Notes under the pieces: generated by a model
The model's database searches: none
What the model was told of the DNA's origin: nothing
The model's input: the letters and a program-made list of their open reading frames with translations, nothing else
Assembly: GCA_963704165.1 (NCBI GenBank)
Contig: CAVPHD010000003.1
Location: 96,001 to 160,000, forward strand
DNA length: 64,000 nt
Source of the DNA: an uncultured delta proteobacterium
Lineage (GTDB): Bacteria > Myxococcota_A > UBA9160 > SZUA-336
Reading direction: 5' to 3'
Position numbers and translations under genes: made by a program
Shown: positions 22,910-31,492 of the stretch, one piece after another
Layout: every line of letters begins with the position of its first letter
Numbering within the stretch: the stretch's first letter is position 1

Positions 22910-23843
22910 GCGCAGGCCTCCGCAGCGCGCGCGATCGCGCCGTCGAGATCCTCGAGCTTTTCGATGTTCGCGCGTCCGAAGCTCCGATCGATCTTCGCCG
23001 CGAGACCCGACAGGACCTTTCCGGGGCCCACCTCGAGCTCGAGCTTCGCACCCGCGGCGATCAACTGCTTCACGCAATCGACCCAGCGCACCGGCGCACA
23101 GACCTGCTGCCGGAGTCTTGCGCGCGCGCCGTCGTCGCGTCCGAGTACGGCTTCGCGTCGACGTTCGATACCACCGGGACGCGAAGCGCGCAGAAACGCG
23201 CGGCCTCGAGCTCGGGCGTGAGCTTCTCCATCGCGGGCGCCATCAGCTCGCAGTGAAACGGCGCGGACACGTCGAGCACGACGACGCGCTTCGCACCCGC
23301 GGCCGTCATCCGTTCGCAAGCCTCCGACACCGCTTCCCGTCGGCCGGCGATCACGGTCTGAACCGGGGAATTGAAGTTCGCGGGCGCCACCACGCCATCG
23401 ATCTCGGCGCAGATGCGCGAGACCTCGGTCGCCTCGAGGCCGACGACCGCGGCCATCGCGCCCTCGCCGGCGGGGACCGCTTCCTGCATCAGCGCACCGC
23501 GGCGGCGCACGAGGCGGATCGCGTCCGCGAGCGGCAGCCCGCCGGACGCGACGAGCGCCGAGTACTCACCGAGGCTGTGCCCCGCGAAGAGCACCGGCAC
23601 GCGCGGTAGGCGCGGCTCGACGACCCGCCAGATCGCGATCGACGCCGCAAGAATCGCGGGCTGCGTGACTTCGGTGCGAGCGAGCTCGGCTGCCGGCCCG
23701 TTCTCGATCAGCTCGCGCAAACCCCCGCCGAACGCGGTGTCGGCTTCCTCGACGGCCGAGCGCGCTTCCGCGTGAGCCCGGACGAAGTCCATGGCCATGC
23801 CGACGGCCTGAGAGCCTTGTCCGGGAAAGACGACGGCCAGCAT
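22906..23843 (-). CDS. fabD: Malonyl-CoA:ACP transacylase; frameshift near 23120
   Basis: FPGQGSQ, GHSLGEYSAL and VSAPFHC; PVRW and EVGPGKVL lie in a shifted frame. Confidence 0.94.
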
Positions 23844-23873
23844 CGGCGCGGCTTGGGCCTGGTCGGACCAGGC

Positions 23874-24065
23874 CTAAACCTCCTCCTCCGACGCGACCTC
23901 GATGATCTGCCGGTCGCGGTAGTGACCGCACTCCTTGCAGACCCGGTGCGGCAGCTTGACCGAGCCACACTTCGAGCAGGTCGAGCGCGCCGGTTCGCCG
24001 AGCGCGTCGTGCGCACGCCGCTGGCGCGTCTGCGACTTGGACATCTTCTTCTTCGGTACGGCCAT
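23874..24065 (-). CDS. rpmF: 50S ribosomal protein L32
   Basis: MAVPKKKMSKS..CSKCG..HRVCKECGHY. Confidence 0.96.
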   Translation of the reverse strand: MAVPKKKMSKSQTRQRRAHDALGEPARSTCSKCGSVKLPHRVCKECGHYRDRQIIEVASEEEV

Positions 24066-24076
24066 GAATCAGTCTC

Positions 24077-24652
24077 CTAGGTGCCCCGGCGAACCTTTTT
24101 CCCGGACTCTTCGAGCAACCGGCCGAGACCGGCGAAGGGCCGAGTCGTTTGGCGAGTCTCGCACGCGCAGACTTGCCGACTCCGAACGGCCCCGCAGACC
24201 GAGCACAACCCGGCGCAGTCCTCCGAACAGAGTGGCTGCACGGGCCAGGCGAGCGCCACGATCTCCTGAATGACGGGGGCGAAGTCTAGCTCGTCGCCGG
24301 CATATCGCCCGAGCTCGAAATCTTCCGCGTCTAGCTCGATTCCTCCCTGTGGAATCAGCGCGGGATTCTGCGCGGGCTCGAGCAAGAGTTCCAGCGGCTC
24401 CGAGAATTCGATCGAGATCGGCTCGCCGCAGCGCGAGCAGAGAAAGCGTCCGGTACCCGTGACCCGGCCCCGGAACAAGAGGCGCATCCCCAGGCGGTAG
24501 GCCTCGATCTCGGCCACGAACGGCTCCACGAGCTCCGCCTCGCGGTCGCGGAAGGCGGCACGCATGCCCTCCCACCAAGCGCTGTCCGAGACGAGCCGGA
24601 AGGGGCGCGGAGTCTCGTCGATGGTCTGGATCCGGATGTGGAGCCCGGTCAT
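24077..24652 (-). CDS. yceD: YceD/DUF177 family protein
   Basis: CSRC..PLCSEDCAGLCSVCG..RPFAGL; lies upstream of rpmF. Confidence 0.88.
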   Translation of the reverse strand: MTGLHIRIQTIDETPRPFRLVSDSAWWEGMRAAFRDREAELVEPFVAEIEAYRLGMRLLFRGRVTGTGRFLCSRCGEPISIEFSEPLELLLEPAQNPALIPQGGIELDAEDFELGRYAGDELDFAPVIQEIVALAWPVQPLCSEDCAGLCSVCGAVRSRQVCACETRQTTRPFAGLGRLLEESGKKVRRGT

Positions 24653-24780
24653 GCGGAAATCCCCCGCCCCGACGCGAACTTGTCGCTGGTTCGACGAGCT
24701 TCGGGGACGATTACGCCTCGCTTCGGGCCTTGTCAACGCGCGCCTGCGGCTGCGCGGGACTTCGCGTAGATTCCCCGCCC

Positions 24781-26199
24781 ATGACGGTGGTCACCCGCTA
24801 CGCTCCGAGCCCGACCGGGGCGCTCCACATCGGCGGAGCGCGCACGGCGCTCTTCAGCTGGGCCTTTGCGCGACATCACGGCGGTCGCTTCCTCTTGCGC
24901 ATCGAGGACACCGACCGCGAGCGCTCGACGCGGGCGTCCGAGGATCTCGTGCTCGAGGCGCTGACCTGGCTCGGCCTCGACTGGGATCCGGTTCCCGGCT
25001 TCGACGCGACCCCGCGCCAGTCCGAGCGCGGGCCGCGCTATCGAGAGGCGATCGACGTGCTGCTCGCCAACGGCCACGCCTACCGCTGCACCTGCAGCGA
25101 GTCCGACGTCGAGGCGATGCGAGAGCGGGCGAAGGCCCAGGGTGCGAAGCCCCGCTACGACCGGAGCTGCCGCGGTCGGGCGATCGGAGCCGACAGCGCC
25201 AAGCCGTTCTGCGTGCGGCTGCGGGTGCCCGACATCGGCGGCCAGACGCGCTGGGACGACCTGATCTCGGGCCCGGCGGGCGAGGACGCGAGCGAGCTCG
25301 ACGATTTCGTGATCGCGCGAACCGACGGATCGTCGATCTACCACTTCGCGGTCGTCGTCGACGACCACGACATGGGCATCACCCACGTTCTGCGCGGCCG
25401 CGAGCACATGACCAGCACGCCTCGGCAGCTCTTGATCTACCAGGCGTTGGGCTGGGAGGCGCCTCAGTTCGGGCACGTTCCGCTGCTCGTCGAGCCGGGC
25501 GGCAAGAAGCTCTCGAAGCGACAGGATTCGGTGTCGGTTCAGAGCTACCGCGACCGGGGCTTCACGCCCGAGGCCGTGCTGAACTACATCGCGCGCCTCG
25601 GCTGGTCGCACGGGGATCTCGAGATCTTCTCGCAGGCACAGCTCGTCGAGCTCTTCACGCTCGACGGCGTCGGCTCGTCCCCGTCGCAGGTGCACGACGA
25701 CAAGCTGCTCTGGCTCTCGCAGCACTACATCAAGACGCTCCCACGCGAGACGTTGCTCGTTCGCCTGCAGCGCTTCCTCGATTCGGAGGCCGGCCGACCG
25801 GTCGCGATCGATGAAGGGCTTCACACGCTCGTCGACCTCTTGCGCGAGCGCAGCAAGACGCTGATCGAGATGGCGCAGCTCGCGCGTTTCTACTACGTGG
25901 ACGCGCTCACCCGCGACGCCAAGGCGAGCGCGAAGTTCCTGCGGCCCGAGATCGCCGAGCCGCTGCGCGAGCTGCGGGCGGCGCTGGCGGACGTGCCGAG
26001 CTGGGAACGTCGAGCGCTCGAGACCGCCTTCCACGAGGTGATCGCGAAGCACGGCCTGCAGCTCGGTGCGCTCGCGCAGCCGGTCCGGGTCGCGATCACC
26101 GGCGGGACCGTGAGCCCGCCGATCTTCGAGACCCTGGAAGTCCTGGGCCGCGAGCGCTCCCTGGAGCGCCTGGACGCCGCCGTGGATTCGATCCATTGA
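24781..26199 (+). CDS. gltX: Glutamate--tRNA ligase
   Basis: RYAPSPTGALHIGG, LRIEDTD, THVLRGREH and KLSKR. Confidence 0.97.
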   Translation: MTVVTRYAPSPTGALHIGGARTALFSWAFARHHGGRFLLRIEDTDRERSTRASEDLVLEALTWLGLDWDPVPGFDATPRQSERGPRYREAIDVLLANGHAYRCTCSESDVEAMRERAKAQGAKPRYDRSCRGRAIGADSAKPFCVRLRVPDIGGQTRWDDLISGPAGEDASELDDFVIARTDGSSIYHFAVVVDDHDMGITHVLRGREHMTSTPRQLLIYQALGWEAPQFGHVPLLVEPGGKKLSKRQDSVSVQSYRDRGFTPEAVLNYIARLGWSHGDLEIFSQAQLVELFTLDGVGSSPSQVHDDKLLWLSQHYIKTLPRETLLVRLQRFLDSEAGRPVAIDEGLHTLVDLLRERSKTLIEMAQLARFYYVDALTRDAKASAKFLRPEIAEPLRELRAALADVPSWERRALETAFHEVIAKHGLQLGALAQPVRVAITGGTVSPPIFETLEVLGRERSLERLDAAVDSIH

Positions 26200-26223
26200 G
26201 GCCCGACGATCGCCCGGTATATT
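26196..26223 (+). promoter_or_regulatory. Putative sigma70 promoter of tRNA-Gln
   Basis: TTGAGG-16 nt-TATATT immediately upstream of the tRNA. Confidence 0.45.
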
Positions 26224-26235
26224 GCGAGCCGGAAT

Positions 26236-26309
26236 TGGCGGATCGTCTAACGGTAGGACGTCGGGTTCTGGCCCCGTTAATCTAGGTTCGAATCCTAGTC
26301 CGCCAACCA
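26236..26309 (+). tRNA. tRNA-Gln(CTG)
   Basis: Acceptor stem TGGCGGA/TCCGCCA (U1-A72), anticodon loop TTCTGGC, T-loop GTTCGAATC and encoded CCA. Confidence 0.96.
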
Positions 26310-26375
26310 ACCTTTCCCGCGGATCGCGCCCGCGTGCAGCGTCGGTCGAATAGGCTCCACGGGCAGATCGTCTCA

Positions 26376-26584
26376 GGGGCGGCGACACGCTCCCGAACGG
26401 GTCCGCGAGAAGGCAGACGGCGAAGGTCGGCTGCCCAAGGCGAGTCAGACTCCCACCCTCTTCTCTGGCTCGCCCTCGCGGACCCCCCGGGGCGGTCGCA
26501 GCTTCCACGCTCCCTCCAAAGCGCGAGAGCGGGAGATCCGGAAACGAGTCCGGGTCTCCCGCTCTTCTGCTTTGGAATCGTGGA
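26376..26584 (+). ncRNA. Candidate structured small RNA: three-way junction with a CU-rich loop and a long 3' hairpin
   Basis: Pairings seen by eye: 26399-26409/26475-26485 (11 bp, perfect), 26439-26449/26464-26474, 26412-26416/26431-26435, 26382-26393/26489-26499 and 26525-26542/26549-26566. The non-Watson-Crick pairs in these stems are G.U on the + strand. Confidence 0.55.
26515..26576. terminator. Long hairpin between convergent units; probable terminator or RNA 3' end
   Basis: GAGAGCGGGAGATCCGGA-AACGAG-TCCGGGTCTCCCGCTCTT, extended by TCCAAAGC/GCTTTGGA. Confidence 0.5.
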
Positions 26585-26598
26585 GCGCGGGGCGCGGC

Positions 26599-26931
26599 TC
26601 AGTAGCCGGACGAGACCGCGACGCACTGCCCCATCGGGCGCGCGAACGTGAACTTCGCCGCGGGCACGACCATCATGGACGCGAACTGCGGGTAGTCGCG
26701 GTTCAGCGCCGCGGGCACGATGATCGAGGCCGTGATCGGAACCAGCGACACCGCCCCGACGACCATCATGCTGAACGAGATCGGTCGCATCACGAGGGCG
26801 TCGAAGGCTTTCGGGTAGGCACAGTCGTCGAGCGAGTCCTCGTAGCCGACCGCGCCGGCCTGGCCCGGAACGAGCCCGAGCGCGGCGACGAGTGCGAGGG
26901 CAACGAGCGAGTTTCGAATCAGATTGCGCAT
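26599..26931 (-). CDS. Small exported/membrane hypothetical protein
   Basis: SD GAGGA, signal peptide ending AGA, and DALVMRP..FTFARPMG. Confidence 0.7.
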   Translation of the reverse strand: MRNLIRNSLVALALVAALGLVPGQAGAVGYEDSLDDCAYPKAFDALVMRPISFSMMVVGAVSLVPITASIIVPAALNRDYPQFASMMVVPAAKFTFARPMGQCVAVSSGY

Positions 26932-26945
26932 GGGGTCCTCCTGCG

Positions 26946-28133
26946 TCACCGACCCGATCGGCCTGCAGCGTCGCCCACTTGAACGCCCCGGTGATAGACG
27001 GCTTCGAGCTCGAGCGAGGGTCCGAACGCGAGCAGGTCCGCGTCTGCCCCCGCGACGAGACTGCCTTTCCTGCCCGAAAGCCCGAGAACCGCGGCGGGCG
27101 TCGCGCTCGCCATCTGCACGGCCGTCGCGAGCGGAATCCCCGCCAGGCGGACCGCCGCACGCACCGCGTCCACGAGCGCGATCACGCTTCCCGCGAGCGA
27201 TTCGCCCGTCGTCGCGTAGCCCTCGGCCCGGATCTCGGCCTCGAGCCCGCCCATCCGGTAGCGGCCCGGCGGTAGACCCGCGGCCGGCGTGGAATCCGAG
27301 ACCAGCGCGACCGCGGCCGGCCCGCGCAGCTCGACCAACGCGCGCGCGAGCTCGGGGTGAAGGTGGTGCCCGTCGAGGATCACGCTCCCGCGCAGCCGCC
27401 GCTCGACCAGAAACGCACCGACGACGTTCGGCTCGCTGCGCCGGAAGCCGGCCGCCGCATCGAAGGGACGGCTCGGCCAGTCGCTCGCGTTTCCGACGTG
27501 GGTGACGAAGGAGAGCCCGCGCGAGATCGACTCGCGAAGCAGCGCCAGCGTGGCGAGCGAGTGGCCGGCGGCGACGACGGCACCGGCCGCGGAGAACGTC
27601 GACACCGCGTCGAGCCCGCCCGCGCGCTCCGGCGCGAGCGTCACCATGCGCAGCGCCGAACCGGACGCCGCGATCATGCGCGCGACACGATCCGGTGTCG
27701 GGTCGCAGAGATGGGCGCTCGCGTGCGCACCGCGCTTGCCTTCGGCGAGGAAGGGGCCCTCGAGGTGGATCCCGACGACCGGGCCCTCGACCGAGACGTC
27801 GGCGCGAAGCCGCGCGAGCGCGCGCTCGAGGTGATCGAGCGGAGCGGTCACGAGCGTGGCGAGCAGGCTCGTCGTCCCCGAACGCAGGTGGAACGCCGTC
27901 GCTCGCGCCCGCACGTCGGCATCCGCGGCGTCGTAGGCCGCGCCGTCGCCGCCGTTCACCTGCAGATCGACCAAGCCCGGCGCGAGCGTCGCATTTTCGT
28001 GTCGGACGTCGCCGGGAAGCGGATCGACGTCCGTCTCGATCGAAGCGATCCGGCCTTCGACGCAGCGAACCCGCACGCTCGCGTGCTCGCCGTCGGGCAG
28101 GAGCGCCTTCGCGGCCCAGAGCGAGAGCGTCAA
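26946..28133 (-). CDS. nagA: N-acetylglucosamine-6-phosphate deacetylase
   Basis: PGLVDLQVNG, GIHLEGPFL, TLAPE, AGHS, DGHH, VSDS and LAGS. The TTG start overlaps the udp stop. Confidence 0.88.
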   Translation of the reverse strand: MTLSLWAAKALLPDGEHASVRVRCVEGRIASIETDVDPLPGDVRHENATLAPGLVDLQVNGGDGAAYDAADADVRARATAFHLRSGTTSLLATLVTAPLDHLERALARLRADVSVEGPVVGIHLEGPFLAEGKRGAHASAHLCDPTPDRVARMIAASGSALRMVTLAPERAGGLDAVSTFSAAGAVVAAGHSLATLALLRESISRGLSFVTHVGNASDWPSRPFDAAAGFRRSEPNVVGAFLVERRLRGSVILDGHHLHPELARALVELRGPAAVALVSDSTPAAGLPPGRYRMGGLEAEIRAEGYATTGESLAGSVIALVDAVRAAVRLAGIPLATAVQMASATPAAVLGLSGRKGSLVAGADADLLAFGPSLELEAVYHRGVQVGDAAGRSGR

Positions 28134-28924
28134 GCGTTCTTCACCAGCGCGACCATCGCGTCCGTCGCCACGTCGATGCACGCGTCCATGTTCTTGTCGA
28201 TGTCGAGCTCGGCCGGCCCGGGCCACGGCGCCCGATCCGACACGACGCAGATGCAGCCCGCCTGCAGGCCGAAGAGCCCCGCGAGCGTCAGCAGGATCCC
28301 GCTCTCCATCTCGCAGTTCTGCACGCGCGCCGCGCGCATCTGCTCGATCCGCTCGGCCAACTCGGGCGCGCGATAGCCGCCGAAGCTCATCGACGCGATC
28401 GCCCCGTCCGGATCGAGCACCGCATTGCGCGCGTAGAACGCGTCGAGCGACCAGGTCACGCCGACGGCGTGACGCACCCCGCGCGCGCGCGCCGCACCGA
28501 CAAGCGCCGCCACGACGGCCCAGTCCGAAACCGCGGGATATTCGGGCAGCACGTAGCTGCGCGAGGTGCCGTCATCGCGGACCGCGCCGGTCGTGATCAC
28601 GAGGTCCCCGAGCGCGAGCTCGGGCTGAAGGCCCCCGCTGTTGCCGACGCGGATCATCCGCCGCACGCCGATCTTCGCCAGCTCCTCGACCAGGATCGCG
28701 GTGCTCGGCGCGCCAATTCCCGTCGAGGCCGCCGCCATCCGCACCCCGTCGCGCTCGCCGACCGCCACGCGGTACTCGCGCAGGCTCAGCACCTCGCGCA
28801 CGTTCGACCACGACTTCGCGATCCGCGGCACCCGCGCGGGATCCCCGCACAGGAACACGTTCTCGCCCACCGCCCCGCGCCGCAGCCCCGTGATCGGCTG
28901 ACCCGGCTCCTCACCGCTGCTCAT
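28130..28924 (-). CDS. udp: Uridine phosphorylase (PNP/UDP family)
   Basis: GDPARV, STGIGAPS..VEEL, IRVGNSG, VRDDGTS and EMESG. Confidence 0.85.
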   Translation of the reverse strand: MSSGEEPGQPITGLRRGAVGENVFLCGDPARVPRIAKSWSNVREVLSLREYRVAVGERDGVRMAAASTGIGAPSTAILVEELAKIGVRRMIRVGNSGGLQPELALGDLVITTGAVRDDGTSRSYVLPEYPAVSDWAVVAALVGAARARGVRHAVGVTWSLDAFYARNAVLDPDGAIASMSFGGYRAPELAERIEQMRAARVQNCEMESGILLTLAGLFGLQAGCICVVSDRAPWPGPAELDIDKNMDACIDVATDAMVALVKNA

Positions 28925-29020
28925 TCCCCCTCCCCCTTCTCGGCGCGTAAGCTAGCCGTGCTCGAGCGAGCCGGGAAATCCAAACGCGCCGCCCTTCGGC
29001 AGTGCGGGTCGGCAATCTGG

Positions 29021-29056
29021 TTGACGCCCGCCAGCCCCCCACCTACTCTGCGCGGC
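29021..29056 (+). promoter_or_regulatory. Sigma70 promoter of tRNA-Glu with a GC-rich discriminator
   Basis: TTGACG-17 nt-TACTCT followed by GCGCGGC. Confidence 0.65.
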
Positions 29057-29064
29057 CTCCGGTC

Positions 29065-29140
29065 GGTCCCTTCGTCTAGAGGCCTAGGATGTCAGGTTCT
29101 CACCCTGGAGACACGGGTTCGACTCCCGTAGGGACCACCA
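29065..29140 (+). tRNA. tRNA-Glu(CTC)
   Basis: Acceptor stem GGTCCCT/AGGGACC, anticodon arm TCAGG-TTCTCAC-CCTGG, GGTTCGACTCC and encoded CCA. Confidence 0.96.
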
Positions 29141-29450
29141 AGACTTACGCGATTCGGTGTCGGTAGGTCGGGTTGCTTTCGGGGCAATTTCCAGTCGCGC
29201 GAGCACGTCGGCTGGAAGCTCACCCGCCTCGAGCCTCATCGCCTCGCGGACGCATCGCCGCCCGCCCAGCGTGCGTAGTGCTGGCGGCCAACGACGTAGC
29301 CGAGCTGGACGCCGGCGGTGAGGAGTTGGGACGCGAACGTGTCGCGCAGGTCCTTCAGGTTCTGATGGCCGATCGCGGCGGCCTTCAGGATGCGGCGCCA
29401 CTCGGAGCGCCGGAACACGGTCGGGTCGAAACCGGGAAGCACGTTGGCCT
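29141..29450 (-). pseudogene. C-terminal remnant of a tyrosine integrase abutting the tRNA-Glu 3' end
   Basis: WRRILKAAAIGHQNLKDLRDTFASQLLTAGVQLGYV..HYARW. The LGH segment is deleted, a frameshift follows, and no N-terminal domain is present. Confidence 0.75.
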
Positions 29451-29696
29451 CGATCAGACCGGGCGGGCAGCTGCGCGGCGGGCTCTCTTCGATCGAGAAC
29501 GCGCGGCGCGGATCGTCGGCAGCCTCGGCGAGCGCGATCCGCCCCGGTGCCCCCCCGCGGCCTCGACTCTGGAGGAAAAACGGGTGTCGGACGGTCAGTC
29601 GGAACTCGCGCTGACCACCGTCGAGGACTGAGGTTCCTGCGGTCCGACTCCCAGTTCAATGAGCTGCAATCTGGTCAAGCCGCACTTTCCGCTCAT

Positions 29697-30527
29697 CTAC
29701 TCCGCGTCCGGCGACCTGGCGGGTGGACTGCGGAGATGTTGGGAACGCGCCGGCAGGCGGTGTCGCAGAATCCAGAGTGCGAGCAGCTCGGTCCTGCTGT
29801 GCACCCGATAGCGCCGGTACAGGGCCTTCACGTACTGATGCACTGTGTGATCGCTCAGCTCCAGACGCGCAGCTGTCTCTTTCTCGGAGAGCCCCTCGAG
29901 CATGGCATCGAGCGTCTCTTGCAGGCGCGGGGCCAGCGGCGCCGGGTGGCCAGCGGCACTCGCCAGCTCGCGACCGATCATGGGGGCGACCTCCTGGTGG
30001 ACGAGATCGAGCACGTTCCGGTCGCGCGCAGACCAGGGTCGATCTGAACCGCGGCGATGCAGTACCACCATGTCGAAGCGCTTGTCGGGCCACTCGTGAA
30101 ACGAGCAGAGTGAGTCATCGATCCCGAGTGGCGACAGGTAGTCAGAGTAGTAGACAGACTCGTAGTGATCGCGGTCGCTCATGATCTGCCTGCGAACCGC
30201 GGTCCGGTGCGGTGGCTCGAATCGCTCGAGGAACGCGTTCATGTTGGGGTCGACGTTCGGTCCCATGCGCTCCATGTATTCGAGCCACCTCTTGCGAGAC
30301 CCATCGCTGTCCCAGCCACGATCCAAGACGAGAGTGGGCTCCACGGTGCCGGACAGTGCCCGGTGTCCCGCGGCGGCGACGGCGACGAAATCACCGAGAA
30401 GTCGGTCCAAGCGCTCGAGGAAGTGCGTCCGCCAGAGAAACGGGTCGGCTCCGAGCTCCCGGCACTCCCCGACCAAGCGGAAGATCTCCTTGGAGTCGTG
30501 CTGCGTGACGTGGCCGGACTTGGACAA
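29697..30527 (-). CDS. LuxR-type HTH regulator with a GAF-like sensor domain (paralog 2)
   Basis: TTG start with AGGAG. C-terminal LAPRLQETLDAMLEGLSEKETAARLELSDHTVHQYVKALY. Confidence 0.88.
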   Translation of the reverse strand: MSKSGHVTQHDSKEIFRLVGECRELGADPFLWRTHFLERLDRLLGDFVAVAAAGHRALSGTVEPTLVLDRGWDSDGSRKRWLEYMERMGPNVDPNMNAFLERFEPPHRTAVRRQIMSDRDHYESVYYSDYLSPLGIDDSLCSFHEWPDKRFDMVVLHRRGSDRPWSARDRNVLDLVHQEVAPMIGRELASAAGHPAPLAPRLQETLDAMLEGLSEKETAARLELSDHTVHQYVKALYRRYRVHSRTELLALWILRHRLPARSQHLRSPPARSPDAE

Positions 30528-30534
30528 TGAACTC

Positions 30535-31335
30535 CTAGGCACCATTCCGCCGGGACAGGCGGTGCCGACGAATCCAGAGTGCGAGCAGCTCCGTACGGCT
30601 CCGCACCCGGTAGCGTCGATACAGCGCTTTCACGTACTGATGAACCGTGTGCTCGCTCAGCAGAAGGCGTGCAGCCGCCTCCTTCTCCGAGAGCCCCTCG
30701 AGCATGACGTCGAGTGCCTGTTGCAGGCGTGGAGGAAGCCGTGTGAGATCATGACTGTCGGCACTCGCCAGCTCGCGGCCGATCATGGGAACGATCTCCC
30801 GGTGCAGGAGATCGAGCAGCTTCAACTCACGAGTATTCCACGGTCTGTCTTTCGATCGCCGATGCAGTACGACGATGTCGAAACGCCCGTCTGGCATCTG
30901 ATGAAACGAACAAACGGAGTCATCGACGTGGATTCTCGACAGATAGTCATGGAAGTAGCCAGACTCGTAGTGATCCCTGTCGCCGATGATCTGCCGGCGG
31001 ACGGCCGTCCGGTGTGGCGGATCGAATCGCGCGAGGAATGCGTTCATGATCGGGTCGCCCTTCAGCCCTACGAGCGCCATGTAGTCGAGCCATATTCTCC
31101 GTGAAGAGTCGCAATCCCAGCCGCGATCCACGACCAGCGCTGGTTCGATGTTGCGCGCCGCGGACGTCCGCCGTCCCTCTCCGACGATAGCGAGGCAATC
31201 GCCTAGCAGGCGGTTCGTGCCTTCGAGTAGGTGCCTGCGCCACACGAACGCATCGGCTCCCAGCTCCCGGCACTCCCCGAGCAGGAGAAAGACCTGCTTG
31301 TAGTCTTGCGTTGTGAGCTGGCCGGACTTCGACAA
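30535..31335 (-). CDS. LuxR-type HTH regulator with a GAF-like sensor domain (paralog 1)
   Basis: TTG start with GGAG. LPPRLQQALDVMLEGLSEKEAAARLLLSEHTVHQYVKALY; colinear with its neighbour. Confidence 0.88.
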   Translation of the reverse strand: MSKSGQLTTQDYKQVFLLLGECRELGADAFVWRRHLLEGTNRLLGDCLAIVGEGRRTSAARNIEPALVVDRGWDCDSSRRIWLDYMALVGLKGDPIMNAFLARFDPPHRTAVRRQIIGDRDHYESGYFHDYLSRIHVDDSVCSFHQMPDGRFDIVVLHRRSKDRPWNTRELKLLDLLHREIVPMIGRELASADSHDLTRLPPRLQQALDVMLEGLSEKEAAARLLLSEHTVHQYVKALYRRYRVRSRTELLALWIRRHRLSRRNGA

Positions 31336-31419
31336 TGACGAACTCCGTTTCTCATAGAGTAATCGAGATACCCGGAGTACCGGCAAGAATCCGAACCCCG
31401 GTGTCGCTGTATTTTCGCC

Positions 31420-31435
31420 TCCCCTGTTCAGGGGA
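31420..31435. promoter_or_regulatory. Palindromic operator candidate TCCCCTG-TT-CAGGGGA
   Basis: 7-2-7 perfect inverted repeat in the divergent intergenic region, directly before TTGGCC-17 nt-GAAGAT. Confidence 0.5.
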
Positions 31436-31492
31436 ATTGGCCTCCGTGCCGCATGTCTCGAAGATGGGCCTCGTTCTCAGAGGAGACGAACG

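Noticed and set aside
26368..26555. FMN riboswitch resemblance (TCTCAGGGGCGG..CCGCGAG..AGATCCGG..GAGTCCGG)
   Set aside because: The core motifs GAAATTCCC, ACCGGCGG, GCCGAC and GGATGGGAG are absent, and no same-strand gene lies downstream.
29636..29656. GGTCCGACTCCC as the attR copy of the tRNA-Glu T-arm
   Set aside because: The match is short and imperfect and lacks the acceptor-stem half.
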